From: an uncultured Oscillospiraceae bacterium
GTDB lineage: Bacteria; Bacillota; Clostridia; Christensenellales; Aristaeellaceae
Direction: 5' to 3'
NCBI GenBank assembly: GCA_964439755.1
Contig: CAYTPJ010000001.1
Coordinates: 1 to 59,395, forward strand
DNA: 59,395 bases
The notes under the pieces are model-generated. The model was not told the DNA's origin. It saw nothing but the letters and a program-made list of their open reading frames with translations, and searched no databases. The position numbers and the translations under genes are program-made. Shown in pieces: positions 1 to 9,354 of the stretch (position 1 is the stretch's first letter; each line of letters starts with the position of its first letter).

Positions 1-261
1 ATTTGTTTGTTCAATTTGAATGGTGTCGCTGGGTGCAAAGTAGGGCATGGAAAAAGTGCGCCCAAATGTGATGGGGTATTGGAAAAAGCTTGAATGTTCC
101 TGATGCTCTTGGATGTACTCAGGATCTAAGTTCGTTTTTTGCGCAATTTTTTGAATAATTTCTTTGTCGTAAAATGGGATGTTCAGTATATCGGACAACC
201 TTTTGCCCACTTCACGCCCACCAGATCCGAATTGCCTACTTAAAGTAATTACCTTGTTCAT
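1..261 (-). CDS. cytidylate kinase-like family protein (N-terminal part; gene runs off the left edge)
   Basis: Reverse translation from the ATG at 259-261 reads MNKVITLSRQFGSGGREVGKRLSDILNIPFYDKEIIQKIAQKTNLDPEY..., the typical N-terminus of the cytidylate-kinase-like family. AGGAGG lies 7 nt upstream. It is absent from the ORF track because it is open at the window edge. Confidence 0.7.
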   Translation of the reverse strand, partial: MNKVITLSRQFGSGGREVGKRLSDILNIPFYDKEIIQKIAQKTNLDPEYIQEHQEHSSFFQYPITFGRTFSMPYFAPSDTIQIEQTN

Positions 262-273
262 GATAAAACCTCC

Positions 274-1605
274 TTAATAATGATATGTATTTTTATATTT
301 TTTGAGTAAGTATATGCTGACGATAGTACCTAATATTTCAGCGATAGGAATGGAAAGCCACACGCCAGTTTCCCCTAAAAGGTTGGGCAAAATGAGCAAC
401 ATGCCTACAATGAAAACGAAGGTGCGCAGGAAAGAAATGAGTGCTGATATTTTGCCATTCGATAAGGATGTAAAGAATACAGAGGCAAAAATATTTGTGC
501 CTGCAAAAAGATAACCAAGAGAAAAAATCACAAATCCATTTTTGGCAAGAGAAAAAGCAGAACTGCTTGGATGTAAAAATATACTGATGATTTGTGTGCT
601 AAAAAGCAGGCACAAGAGCACCAACACACAGGAACTGATGCTTACAAAAATCATAGACATTTTGAATACGTTTTTAACTTGTGTATGATTTTTTTCACCA
701 TTTGCGTAGGCGAAAATGGGGGCAACCCCACCACCAAATCCAATGTAGAGCGAGTTAAGAACAAATTGAAATTGCGTAATGATGCTCACAGCAGCGATGC
801 CGTCATTTCCTTTTAAACGCATCATGAGGAGGTTTAACATGGCAGTTACAGCAGCAATGGCAAGGTTTGTGACCATTTCAGAAGATCCGTTTGTACATGT
901 TTTTGTGAGAAAAAGCTTGTGCTTTTTAGGTTTCACAAAATACAAAAGCCCCTTTTTGTGTGTTAAAAAATACACAAAAAATATGAAACCAGGGATAAAA
1001 TAAGAGATGCCAACCCCCAATGCAGCCCCTAAAATGCCGATTTTAAGCACAGCGATCGTCACATAAGACACGAGTATGTTCAGCAACCCACCTATGATGA
1101 CAATGACCATACCAAATGTTGGTTTGCCCACGGTGACAAAAAAGTATTGTGCATATACTTGCCAAAACAGAAAGGGAAATGCAAGTGCGTAACCGATTAA
1201 ATATGTTTCACACAAAGGAACAAGGTCTGCACTTGCGCCTAAAAAAAGGATGATGGGGTGGCGAAATAGAATGGAGAGTATAGAAAATAGTACACCTAAA
1301 AAAGTACCGAACAAGAAAATGCGTGTAAAATTTTCACGAGCCTTTTGCTTATTGCCTTCCCCTAAATTAGAAGCAATGATTGCATTGGCACCTGTTGCGA
1401 GCATGATGGCAACTGCAAGCACGGAGGAAAATAGAGGGAAAACAATATTGATGGCAGAAAGCGCATTTTCACCAATATATTGAGAAGCCATGATACTTCC
1501 AAACATAGAATAAATGGCGACAAATACCATCATAATCATGCTGGGTAATGTAAATTTGAGCAGTCCACCCATCGTAAAGTTTTTGGAAATTGAGTTATTC
1601 ACCAA
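274..1605 (-). CDS. MATE family efflux transporter
   Basis: 443-aa polytopic membrane protein. The N-terminus (LLKFTLPSMIMMVFVAIYSMFGSIMASQYIGENALSAINIVFPL) and about 12 predicted TM segments fit the MATE/MurJ fold. The stop overlaps the SD of the downstream gene. Confidence 0.85.
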   Translation of the reverse strand: MVNNSISKNFTMGGLLKFTLPSMIMMVFVAIYSMFGSIMASQYIGENALSAINIVFPLFSSVLAVAIMLATGANAIIASNLGEGNKQKARENFTRIFLFGTFLGVLFSILSILFRHPIILFLGASADLVPLCETYLIGYALAFPFLFWQVYAQYFFVTVGKPTFGMVIVIIGGLLNILVSYVTIAVLKIGILGAALGVGISYFIPGFIFFVYFLTHKKGLLYFVKPKKHKLFLTKTCTNGSSEMVTNLAIAAVTAMLNLLMMRLKGNDGIAAVSIITQFQFVLNSLYIGFGGGVAPIFAYANGEKNHTQVKNVFKMSMIFVSISSCVLVLLCLLFSTQIISIFLHPSSSAFSLAKNGFVIFSLGYLFAGTNIFASVFFTSLSNGKISALISFLRTFVFIVGMLLILPNLLGETGVWLSIPIAEILGTIVSIYLLKKYKNTYHY

Positions 1606-1613
1606 ATAGCCTC

Positions 1614-1654
1614 CTAAAAAAAATTCCGCAAACAGGATTTTCTCCTGTTTGCGG
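1614..1654 (-). terminator. rho-independent terminator after the 1792-3030 gene
   Basis: Perfect 11-bp stem CCGCAAACAGG / CCTGTTTGCGG (1626-1636 / 1644-1654) with a 7-nt loop, followed on the minus strand by a U-run (A-run at 1614-1623 on the plus strand). Confidence 0.8.
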
Positions 1655-1791
1655 TATCACCTTGGGCAACAAAATAGTCACCTTACGCAACAAGAGTATC
1701 TCATAAAAAATGAAAATTGTCAAGTTTTTTAGGAGTACAAAAATTTGCTCAGCGTATCATTTACTTTTTAAAAGGCTCAAGAAGGGCGTAA

Positions 1792-3030
1792 TCAAGGTTT
1801 CCAGTATTTTTGGATGTATTTACGCAAAAGGTTTACATACTGCTTGCCTCTTTCAATGTCAGAAAAGATGGTGCCCACTTCTCTTTGCGCCACTTCAAAC
1901 AAGCATCCAGAGGCACTTTCGCACACCATTTTAAAGTTTTCTTCCAGCGCATCTTCATCAATGGGGCCTCTGTTGGTCACAAACTCGGCACGGGGTTTGC
2001 TGTAATAAATAATGTCTGTACCACGGAGTTTTTCGCCTACATTGCGTTCATTGTTAAAGGGAGATACAGAGAGTTTGCGCAAGTTTTTCCACTTGTCAAA
2101 ATACTCAAAAGAGTGTTCCACCGTTTCGCAACATCCGTAGGATAAAAGCCCAAAACGCTTGACCAAACGGTCTTGATAGGGGAATACAAATTCGCCAAAG
2201 GTATCACGAGATACAGCTGTTGTTTCTTGTGACTCTAAAAAGCCCCAGCAATCAGTCGTTTTAACAGCCTTGTCCTTGGGTAAATCGTTGTTAAAGGCAA
2301 AGCTTTCTTGCCCAATGGGGCTGACATCGTGGGTGGGGCAGAGCAAGCCTTTTTCTTCTAAATAGTCATAATATCTTTCGTATACGCTTGTTGCCATGTC
2401 CATCACGTGGTGCAATTCGTCTGGTTCATCGAGCATAGCAATGTAATAATTTTCCATACCCATTAAATGTACAAGAGGGTTGGTGATGGAACCACCCAAA
2501 GAAGGGGTGACAAAGCGGCAGGGCAAGATATCGCCAAACACATCTTCTAACACTTCTTTTTTCTTGTTCAAATATGCTTCGTCAAAGGAGAAATCGCCCC
2601 CTTCTAACAGATGCATACCTTCTTCTAATGTTTCAAAAAGAGGGTCGATGTGAAAGCCTTTTTCATGTTTGCCTGTGGCACGTGTGATTTGTGCATTTGC
2701 ACCAAAGGGACTGACGTGCCCACAAAACGCAATATCAAAGGTTTTGCTTAAAGGGGTATCATCGTCAAACAATTCTCTGCCCACCAAAGTGCTGAGCATT
2801 TGTGCTTCGATTTGGCGTGCTTTTTCTCCTTCGCAAGTTAAGCGAGGGGTGATCACTTCGTCTACAAAGTTGGAAAACAAGAGGCGCACGGTGGGTGTGT
2901 CCCTCTTTTTGTTTTGGAGATTTTCCCACATTTTAAGGATTTTTGCATTCTTTTCGTCAGAAGCAAATTCAAGGTGGATTTTGGCTCGGTTGCGCAATAT
3001 CTCTCTGTCAGAAGCTGAAATGATGTCCAT
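1792..3030 (-). CDS. hypothetical cytoplasmic protein (possibly a URO-D/MtaA-like TIM-barrel; family not confidently recognised)
   Basis: Long clean 412-aa ORF with no TM segment or signal peptide. It contains a LSYGCCE motif. It lies directly downstream of the YesN/YesM-type pair on the same strand. The functional guess is weak. Confidence 0.6.
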   Translation of the reverse strand: MDIISASDREILRNRAKIHLEFASDEKNAKILKMWENLQNKKRDTPTVRLLFSNFVDEVITPRLTCEGEKARQIEAQMLSTLVGRELFDDDTPLSKTFDIAFCGHVSPFGANAQITRATGKHEKGFHIDPLFETLEEGMHLLEGGDFSFDEAYLNKKKEVLEDVFGDILPCRFVTPSLGGSITNPLVHLMGMENYYIAMLDEPDELHHVMDMATSVYERYYDYLEEKGLLCPTHDVSPIGQESFAFNNDLPKDKAVKTTDCWGFLESQETTAVSRDTFGEFVFPYQDRLVKRFGLLSYGCCETVEHSFEYFDKWKNLRKLSVSPFNNERNVGEKLRGTDIIYYSKPRAEFVTNRGPIDEDALEENFKMVCESASGCLFEVAQREVGTIFSDIERGKQYVNLLRKYIQKYWKP

Positions 3031-3101
3031 AAAGATCTCCTTTAAAATAAGAAAAAATGATGTATATAGAAGCTTGAAAAGCTGTCTATGCGTGTCAATG
3101 T

Positions 3102-4532
3102 TTAGAAACTGTCTACATTTTGAATACAGAAAGTTCTATACTGTTTGGGGGTCATGCCTGTCTTTTTCTTAAAGAGCTTGGTGAAATTCAAATAATTGTC
3201 ATATCCTGCTTGTTCGCTCACTTGCACAACAAGTGTACTCGTGTTTTCAAGCAACTCCTTGGCATAGTCAATGCGCAAATCATTTAGGTAATTGGTAAAG
3301 GTGGTTTGCATTTCTTTTTTAAAAAGCTGGGATAAATAACTGGGGCTAATGGCGTGTGCCTCACACACTTCTTGGAAAGAAATGTTTTGCGTAAAAGTGT
3401 GTCCAATGTCTAAGAGTATGTTTTTGAGCGTTTCATTTTGCACAGTTTGTATGTCGCCCACTTTTTGATACACATGCCCCAAACGGCGAATGAAGAACTG
3501 GAGCATTTCATCAAAGTTTGAAAACAAGTGCCTAAGTTCATAGCCATAGCGCAAAGAACGTTGAGGGGGTGTGTTGAGCAAGCGTGTCATGAGGGCAGAT
3601 AACAAATTGTACATGGTGAGCGCTTCTTGCATGGTAAAGATCACGGTTTTTTCTTCCAAAAATGTGGTTAAAAGCTTGTGCACTTCTTTGGGTCTGTTGG
3701 CGTTTAAAAGAGGGGTGACTTCATCTTTTAAAAAGGCAGTGTTTAGCTTTTCTTCCGTTCTTTTTCCAATCGCTACACGATCTTCTGAAAAGAAAGAAAC
3801 ATACAAACTGTTAGAGAGTAAATGCCAGCTGGTGAGCAAATAGGTGCAGATATCTTCTGTAATGTCATATGTAAAAGCTTTGATTTTGCCTGAGGTAACT
3901 GCACCTAAAAGGGCAGATTTAAAGGCATAATCTTCTAAATTTTGAGGGTCTTTTGGGAAGAAATACAAGTATGTGTTTTCAGAAATGTGAAAAGAAAGCG
4001 CTTGAATGTGCCCTTTGAAAATATCCTGCATATCGCCAATGGACAGCGCAACCCCCACAGCACCTGATATGTGCATGTGCGATAGCACACGAGAAACTGT
4101 GTCCTTGTTTGGTGTATCTAAAAAAGCTTTTAGGTGCATGGCTTTTAAATCTTGATTTTCAATAATGGCTTTTTGAACAGTGTCCAAGGCGTCTAATATT
4201 TCTTCTTCTTCCAAAGGCTTTAAGCAGTAAGCAACAGCACCCAACTTGAGCGCTCCTTTTGCATACTCAAAGTCTGCATGACCACTAATGACCACGAATT
4301 TGGGTGGAGAAACTTGGTTTTGACACGCTTTCATCAAGTCTAAGCCCGTCATGCCTGGCATTTTAATGTCCGTTAAAATGACATCTGGGTTGAGCTTTTC
4401 ACAGAGCAAGAGCGCTTCTTTGGCGCTTGTCGCTGTGGCGACCACCACAAAGCCTGCTTTTTGCCAGTCAAAACCAAACACAAGGCTGTTGATGACCATT
4501 TTTTCATCATCTACAATCATGAGTCGATACAT
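3102..4532 (-). CDS. two-component response regulator, receiver + AraC-type HTH (YesN-like)
   Basis: N-terminal receiver (MIVDDEK...DVILTDIKMPGMTGLDL...KPL) and C-terminal AraC/XylS HTH (SPSYLSQLFKKEMQTTFTNYLNDLRIDYAKELL). Only 1 nt separates it from the upstream kinase stop. Confidence 0.9.
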   Translation of the reverse strand: MYRLMIVDDEKMVINSLVFGFDWQKAGFVVVATATSAKEALLLCEKLNPDVILTDIKMPGMTGLDLMKACQNQVSPPKFVVISGHADFEYAKGALKLGAVAYCLKPLEEEEILDALDTVQKAIIENQDLKAMHLKAFLDTPNKDTVSRVLSHMHISGAVGVALSIGDMQDIFKGHIQALSFHISENTYLYFFPKDPQNLEDYAFKSALLGAVTSGKIKAFTYDITEDICTYLLTSWHLLSNSLYVSFFSEDRVAIGKRTEEKLNTAFLKDEVTPLLNANRPKEVHKLLTTFLEEKTVIFTMQEALTMYNLLSALMTRLLNTPPQRSLRYGYELRHLFSNFDEMLQFFIRRLGHVYQKVGDIQTVQNETLKNILLDIGHTFTQNISFQEVCEAHAISPSYLSQLFKKEMQTTFTNYLNDLRIDYAKELLENTSTLVVQVSEQAGYDNYLNFTKLFKKKTGMTPKQYRTFCIQNVDSF

Positions 4533-4533
4533 T

Positions 4534-6300
4534 TTATGTTTCTCCTTCCTGTTTGTTCAAAAGAGTTTCTTCTATCTTTTTGCTTTCCAAAGGCAACGTG
4601 ATTTCAACCTTTGTGCCTTTTCCTTTTTGGCTTTCAATGTGTATGCCATAATCGTTTGAATATTGAAGCTTAATTCTGCTGTCTACATTTAAAATGCCAA
4701 TATGCTTTGTTTGCATGTGTGACTTGGTGAGGCGATCATTATCCTGCAAGCTGTTTTGGATATCACGGAGCGTGTGTTCGTCCATGCCTTCGCCATCGTC
4801 AGTTACATAAAGGTGCAATACGTTGTTCACAGCTTTTGCACACACAGTCAATGTGCAGTGCGATTCACTCTGTTCAATGCCATGGATGATGGCATTTTCG
4901 ATCACAGGCTGTAAAACGAGTTTGGGTACCATGAGCATTTCCAAATCCTTATCGAGCGTCATTTGAACATCAAAGCGCTTTTCAAACCTGTAATGCTGAA
5001 TGCGCACATAGTTTTGAGCAATTTTCCATTCTGTTTTAAGGGGTACACTGCTGTCACCCTTGATGCTGAATTTAAAGATTAAGCTTAAAGAGCGTGCAAT
5101 TTCAGCCAATTCTTTTTGGTTGTTGGTGTACGCAATGCCCACCATCGTTTCAAGCGTGTTGTAGAGAAAATGTGGGTTGACTTGGCTTCTTAAATGCGCA
5201 AGCTCGGACTGTTTTAAGAGCAAACTGCTTTCATATGCCCTTGTTTGCGCCTCCAAAAGTGCCTTTGTGAGTGCAGTGGATTTGTCTAATAAGCTGTTGA
5301 ACTCATTGGCGATCACTTCGGCTTCTTTATATCCAGATAAGGTCAAACGTTTTTTGGGCAAATCTTTTGCAATATTGTCCATATTCACAATATATTTGCG
5401 CAATTTGTTTAAGGGCTTTGTTAAATTTTTAAGGTAGATAAACCAAAGAAAAACGAGCACGATGATGGTGTTAAACGCCCAAATCTGTATCCAGTTATTC
5501 TCTTTCACAAGGAGTTTGTTTGTGTCAAACAGAGAAAAAGAGTAAATGGGAAAGGAAAATAGAGCATCTGTTTTTTTATGCAAGCGTGCATCTTTTTCCT
5601 CAATAAAGCGTTGAAGCGTAGGTGCCGTCACTTTATCTGTGTTGGAAAAAAGTAGTTGATTGTTCTTATCCGTTAGAACTACGCCCACAGAAGGGTGCAT
5701 TTCTTTTTTTTGATTTTCAATCAGGGCAGAGGGCGTGAGCACAAGGTATACTTTGCCAATTGTTTGGTTGGTCTGGTCATAGCTGTCGATGGAGGCAATG
5801 TTTTTGCCCATTACCAAGTATGCAATGCTTGAGTTAGAGAGCTTCCTGTGCATTAAGTTGCTTACGGAGGGGACGTTGTTGAGCAGGGATAACTTAGGGA
5901 TTTCAACCTGAAAATCTGCAAGGCCGTATGTGTTGCCCTCTCTGTCTTCAATCACGATATCATATATGCCGTCACTCAGCGTTGCCACTTCAATGAGTGT
6001 GCGCTTTAACGTAGAGTATGCATCAATGCGTTCTGTTTCTTTTTTGGCGAGCAAAAAAGATTGTACATCTTTGTCGTAAGAAATGAGGCGCATGATTTTG
6101 GAGTAAAGGTTGTGATTGAGCGCAAGCGTTTCTTCTACCTGCGATACCAAGTTGTTTTCATACTCCATATACGCATTTTTTGCCGTTTCTTCTGCCTTTT
6201 TAAAGGAAAAGCCCATGTAAGAAAGCATCAAAACAAGCGTAATACAACAAATAATAGAAAATTGCGTGTAAATGTGCATACTTTTGAACCATTTAACCAT
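4534..6300 (-). CDS. sensor histidine kinase, YesM/LytS-type (His_kinase + HATPase_c)
   Basis: Two TM segments flank an extracellular domain. It carries the NPHFLYNTLETM H-box of the HisKA_3/His_kinase family and a C-terminal HATPase (DDGEGM ... GIGILNV). Confidence 0.9.
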   Translation of the reverse strand: MVKWFKSMHIYTQFSIICCITLVLMLSYMGFSFKKAEETAKNAYMEYENNLVSQVEETLALNHNLYSKIMRLISYDKDVQSFLLAKKETERIDAYSTLKRTLIEVATLSDGIYDIVIEDREGNTYGLADFQVEIPKLSLLNNVPSVSNLMHRKLSNSSIAYLVMGKNIASIDSYDQTNQTIGKVYLVLTPSALIENQKKEMHPSVGVVLTDKNNQLLFSNTDKVTAPTLQRFIEEKDARLHKKTDALFSFPIYSFSLFDTNKLLVKENNWIQIWAFNTIIVLVFLWFIYLKNLTKPLNKLRKYIVNMDNIAKDLPKKRLTLSGYKEAEVIANEFNSLLDKSTALTKALLEAQTRAYESSLLLKQSELAHLRSQVNPHFLYNTLETMVGIAYTNNQKELAEIARSLSLIFKFSIKGDSSVPLKTEWKIAQNYVRIQHYRFEKRFDVQMTLDKDLEMLMVPKLVLQPVIENAIIHGIEQSESHCTLTVCAKAVNNVLHLYVTDDGEGMDEHTLRDIQNSLQDNDRLTKSHMQTKHIGILNVDSRIKLQYSNDYGIHIESQKGKGTKVEITLPLESKKIEETLLNKQEGET

Positions 6301-6407
6301 AGCATTCTCCCGTCCTTTGATGTATAATAGTATTGTACACGTTTTTTATGAAAAAAGCAAGTATAAACAATGTACAATTTTTTTATAGATGAAAGGGTTT
6401 AAAAGGC

Positions 6408-7976
6408 ATGAAAAAGTACCAAAAATATGGCGTCCTTTGTCTGTTTTTACTATGCAGTGTGTGGCTGTTTGCGGGATGCAAAAGCACACCCCCAAAAGTG
6501 GAAGAAAAAGCCAAAGAAAAGATGCCCATCAGCCTTGCTATGTGGCATGGCGCAGAGCAGATGATGGGAGATCCTTTTTTGACTTTTGTAGAGGATAAAT
6601 TTGGCATTGAGTTTGTGCCTGCCGTGATTTCTTACGACAATTACAAGCAGTGGTTTAGCCAAATGGCGGCGGAAGACAATTTGCCCGACATCATTGCAAA
6701 CGACATTTTGGGTACTTCGCAGTATGAAAGCTGGATTGCAACAGAGAAAATACGCCCCTTGCCTAAGGATTTGACGCAGTATAAAAATCTGCAAGCATAC
6801 CTTGATTTGCCTTATAATACACGCTTTAAAAGGGATAATGGCACCTTCTATGCTGTGCCTCGCTTGACTTATTCAAAAGAAGAAATGTGGGCGCTGGATC
6901 GGTGCATTATGGTGCGCAAAGACTACCTTGAAAAGCTTGGTATCAAAGCGCCAGACACTTTTGAAGCCTTTAAAGCGTATTTGCATCAAGTGACCACAAG
7001 CGATTTGGACGGCAATGGAAAAATAGACACAGAAGGGCTGACAGCCTCTCATTTAAACACCTTTGAAGCGGTTTATCTCTCCTTGTTTCCCGAACTTTCC
7101 AACACGGAAAGAGGGTGGATATATGAAGATAATGAGTGGATGCCTGCATATTGCTCTAAGAAAACGGCTGGGGCGCTTGAAGAAGTGCGCCTCATGTATC
7201 AACAAGGGTTGATAGACAAAAACTTTGCCTATACATCCACCCAAAGTGCCGTGAAGGACTTTATTGAGGGCAAAACAGGGGCACTTTGTGCACAATACTA
7301 CATGGTGCTCGATATGCTTGCAGAAGAAAATATGTTGGATAAAGCACAAGATATGGTGCTTGTTTTGCCTTCTTTTCAAGCTGAGGATGGCAACCGATAT
7401 CGCTTTACAACGAGTTTGCACTGGTCAGAAAGTTATTTTTCAAGCAATGTGACAGATGAAAAAATGCATGTCATTTTATCTCTTTATGATTGGCTTGCTT
7501 CAAAAGAATTTGAAACGCTTTGCCATAATGGGCTTGAAAATATAGACTTTGTATATGAAAAGGGTGAAATTAAACGCTTGACAACAGCCTCTCCTTTGCG
7601 TTTATATCCTTCTTTAGACATCTTTAATTCTCTCCTTGAATGGCACAATGATGAACAATATACACTTACTGAATTTAATAAAATCACTTATGGAGAACAG
7701 AATGTCTTGTATGTAAATCAAATGCTCCAATGGTTTAAGGAAAATACAAACCGTGTGAATTATAATTATGACATCATTTTCATGTCCACCCCACAAAAGA
7801 ACGCTCTTTTGTCCAACGGAGATGTGCAAAAAAGAATGCTCAAAGTGATCGTTTCGGACGAAAGTGCGCTTGTTACATGGCCTCAAGAAATTGAAAAAAT
7901 GAAACGAGAATCATCTCTATCTTATGCCATTAAGGAAGTGACAAGAGAGGCATTTTTGCTAAAAATTCACCCTTAA
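6408..7976 (+). CDS. extracellular solute-binding lipoprotein (ABC-type, family 1-like)
   Basis: Signal peptide with lipobox LFAG|C (MKKYQKYGVLCLFLLCSVWLFAGCKS). The 522-aa size is typical of large sugar-binding SBPs paired with YesMN systems. No permease or ATPase genes are adjacent. Confidence 0.8.
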   Translation: MKKYQKYGVLCLFLLCSVWLFAGCKSTPPKVEEKAKEKMPISLAMWHGAEQMMGDPFLTFVEDKFGIEFVPAVISYDNYKQWFSQMAAEDNLPDIIANDILGTSQYESWIATEKIRPLPKDLTQYKNLQAYLDLPYNTRFKRDNGTFYAVPRLTYSKEEMWALDRCIMVRKDYLEKLGIKAPDTFEAFKAYLHQVTTSDLDGNGKIDTEGLTASHLNTFEAVYLSLFPELSNTERGWIYEDNEWMPAYCSKKTAGALEEVRLMYQQGLIDKNFAYTSTQSAVKDFIEGKTGALCAQYYMVLDMLAEENMLDKAQDMVLVLPSFQAEDGNRYRFTTSLHWSESYFSSNVTDEKMHVILSLYDWLASKEFETLCHNGLENIDFVYEKGEIKRLTTASPLRLYPSLDIFNSLLEWHNDEQYTLTEFNKITYGEQNVLYVNQMLQWFKENTNRVNYNYDIIFMSTPQKNALLSNGDVQKRMLKVIVSDESALVTWPQEIEKMKRESSLSYAIKEVTREAFLLKIHP

Positions 7977-8057
7977 AAGGCTGTGTTTACGCATAGTGAG
8001 GGCGTGTAGAAAGCAGGTTTTATCCTTCTTAATACAATCTTTCATTCTACTTGCATA

Positions 8058-8093
8058 TAAAAACTGCAACGCATATGCACGTTGCAGTTTTTG
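8058..8093. terminator. bidirectional rho-independent terminator between convergent genes
   Basis: Perfect 12-bp stem AAAACTGCAACG / CGTTGCAGTTTT (8060-8071 / 8080-8091) with A/T runs on both sides. Confidence 0.85.
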
Positions 8094-8117
8094 TTATAGA
8101 AAATATTAAAATGTGTT

Positions 8118-9254
8118 TTATTTAAGAAAGTATGTCATCATATAGCCCACTTGGTTTTGGTAGCGCACTTGCGTCCATTCATCTCCTGGGGTGAGCACAG
8201 TGACTGTTTTGTTAGAGGGCACACGCACAAGCACAGAGCTGTTCTGTTGGCTGGGCTTTGTACGCAAGTTGACGTAAGAATTGTTGTTTTTGACCGTCTT
8301 ATAGGCAATTCCTGGGAGACCGTAGAACTTTAAATACTTGGTCATCATATAGCCCACTCTGCCACTTGCAGAGCCGTAGAGTTTGCACCATGTTTCCCCT
8401 TGTGCAATCACTTCAAAGCGTGTACCATTTTTGTATTGCGCAAGGATTTTGGAAGAAGTGGTGGGCTGTTCACGCAAGTTTAAATAGTTGCCATGGTTGG
8501 GATTGTTCACAATAACATAGCCTTTGGTGGTGGGCTTGTGCGTGCCTGAAGAACTAGAAGAAGATCCAGACTCTGAAAGGTAACTCTTTGCCATGTACCC
8601 TTCTTTGCCATCTACCGACACTTTGTAGTAGCTGTTGCCCTTTAAAAGCACGCTCACCACACGGCCACCGTAATATTTGCCCAACACGTCATACGAGGTG
8701 GAAGGGCCGCTTCGTAAGTTCAAGGAGGTGCTGCCAGGCGTTACAATGGTGGCAGTGCTCACATTGCCTGCTGAGCCACTCACCCGCACAAATTCACGGC
8801 GAAAATACCCTGTCATGCCGTCAATCTGCACTTCATACCAGCCGTTGTACTCAGAGAGAATGACGCACTGTGCGCCATTGTAGTAAATGCCAAGCACTTT
8901 GGCGCTGTAACTGGGCATTTCACGTAGGTTTAAAAAAGAGGTGGATTTGGGGTTGTTCACAGTGCCCATGTTAGAGCCTGTGCTTTGAGAAGCAGTGGTG
9001 AGGTAATTTCTGTCCATATACCCTGTTTTGCCTGTTTTAATCACAGTGACAGCGTAAAAACCGTATGCTTCTCCTTCTATTTGCACCCAATCGCCTTTGG
9101 AGGCAGAGCCGATTTTGTTATAATCATACCCAGGGCCTTCACGCAAGTTTAATGAACTTGTGTTGTCTACAACGGCAAATTCAGCCAATGCACTGACTGC
9201 ACACAGGGCACAGAGTAAAGTGAGCAAAAACAGTAGCTTTTTAGTCTTGGTCAT
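8118..9254 (-). CDS. secreted protein made of five bacterial SH3 (SH3b) repeats
   Basis: Signal peptide (MTKTKKLLFLLTLLCALCAVSALA) followed by five repeats of about 70 aa. Each begins xxLNLR(E/S/T)xP and ends GYMxxxYL. No catalytic domain is visible. Confidence 0.8.
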   Translation of the reverse strand: MTKTKKLLFLLTLLCALCAVSALAEFAVVDNTSSLNLREGPGYDYNKIGSASKGDWVQIEGEAYGFYAVTVIKTGKTGYMDRNYLTTASQSTGSNMGTVNNPKSTSFLNLREMPSYSAKVLGIYYNGAQCVILSEYNGWYEVQIDGMTGYFRREFVRVSGSAGNVSTATIVTPGSTSLNLRSGPSTSYDVLGKYYGGRVVSVLLKGNSYYKVSVDGKEGYMAKSYLSESGSSSSSSGTHKPTTKGYVIVNNPNHGNYLNLREQPTTSSKILAQYKNGTRFEVIAQGETWCKLYGSASGRVGYMMTKYLKFYGLPGIAYKTVKNNNSYVNLRTKPSQQNSSVLVRVPSNKTVTVLTPGDEWTQVRYQNQVGYMMTYFLK

Positions 9255-9354
9255 GGTGATCTTCTCCTTCTCATCTGTCTTCTCCTATTAAACGGAGAGG
9301 CACTGTATTTTGTTCCCAAATAGATAAAAAGTTTGTGGTATACAAAAAAGTTTT

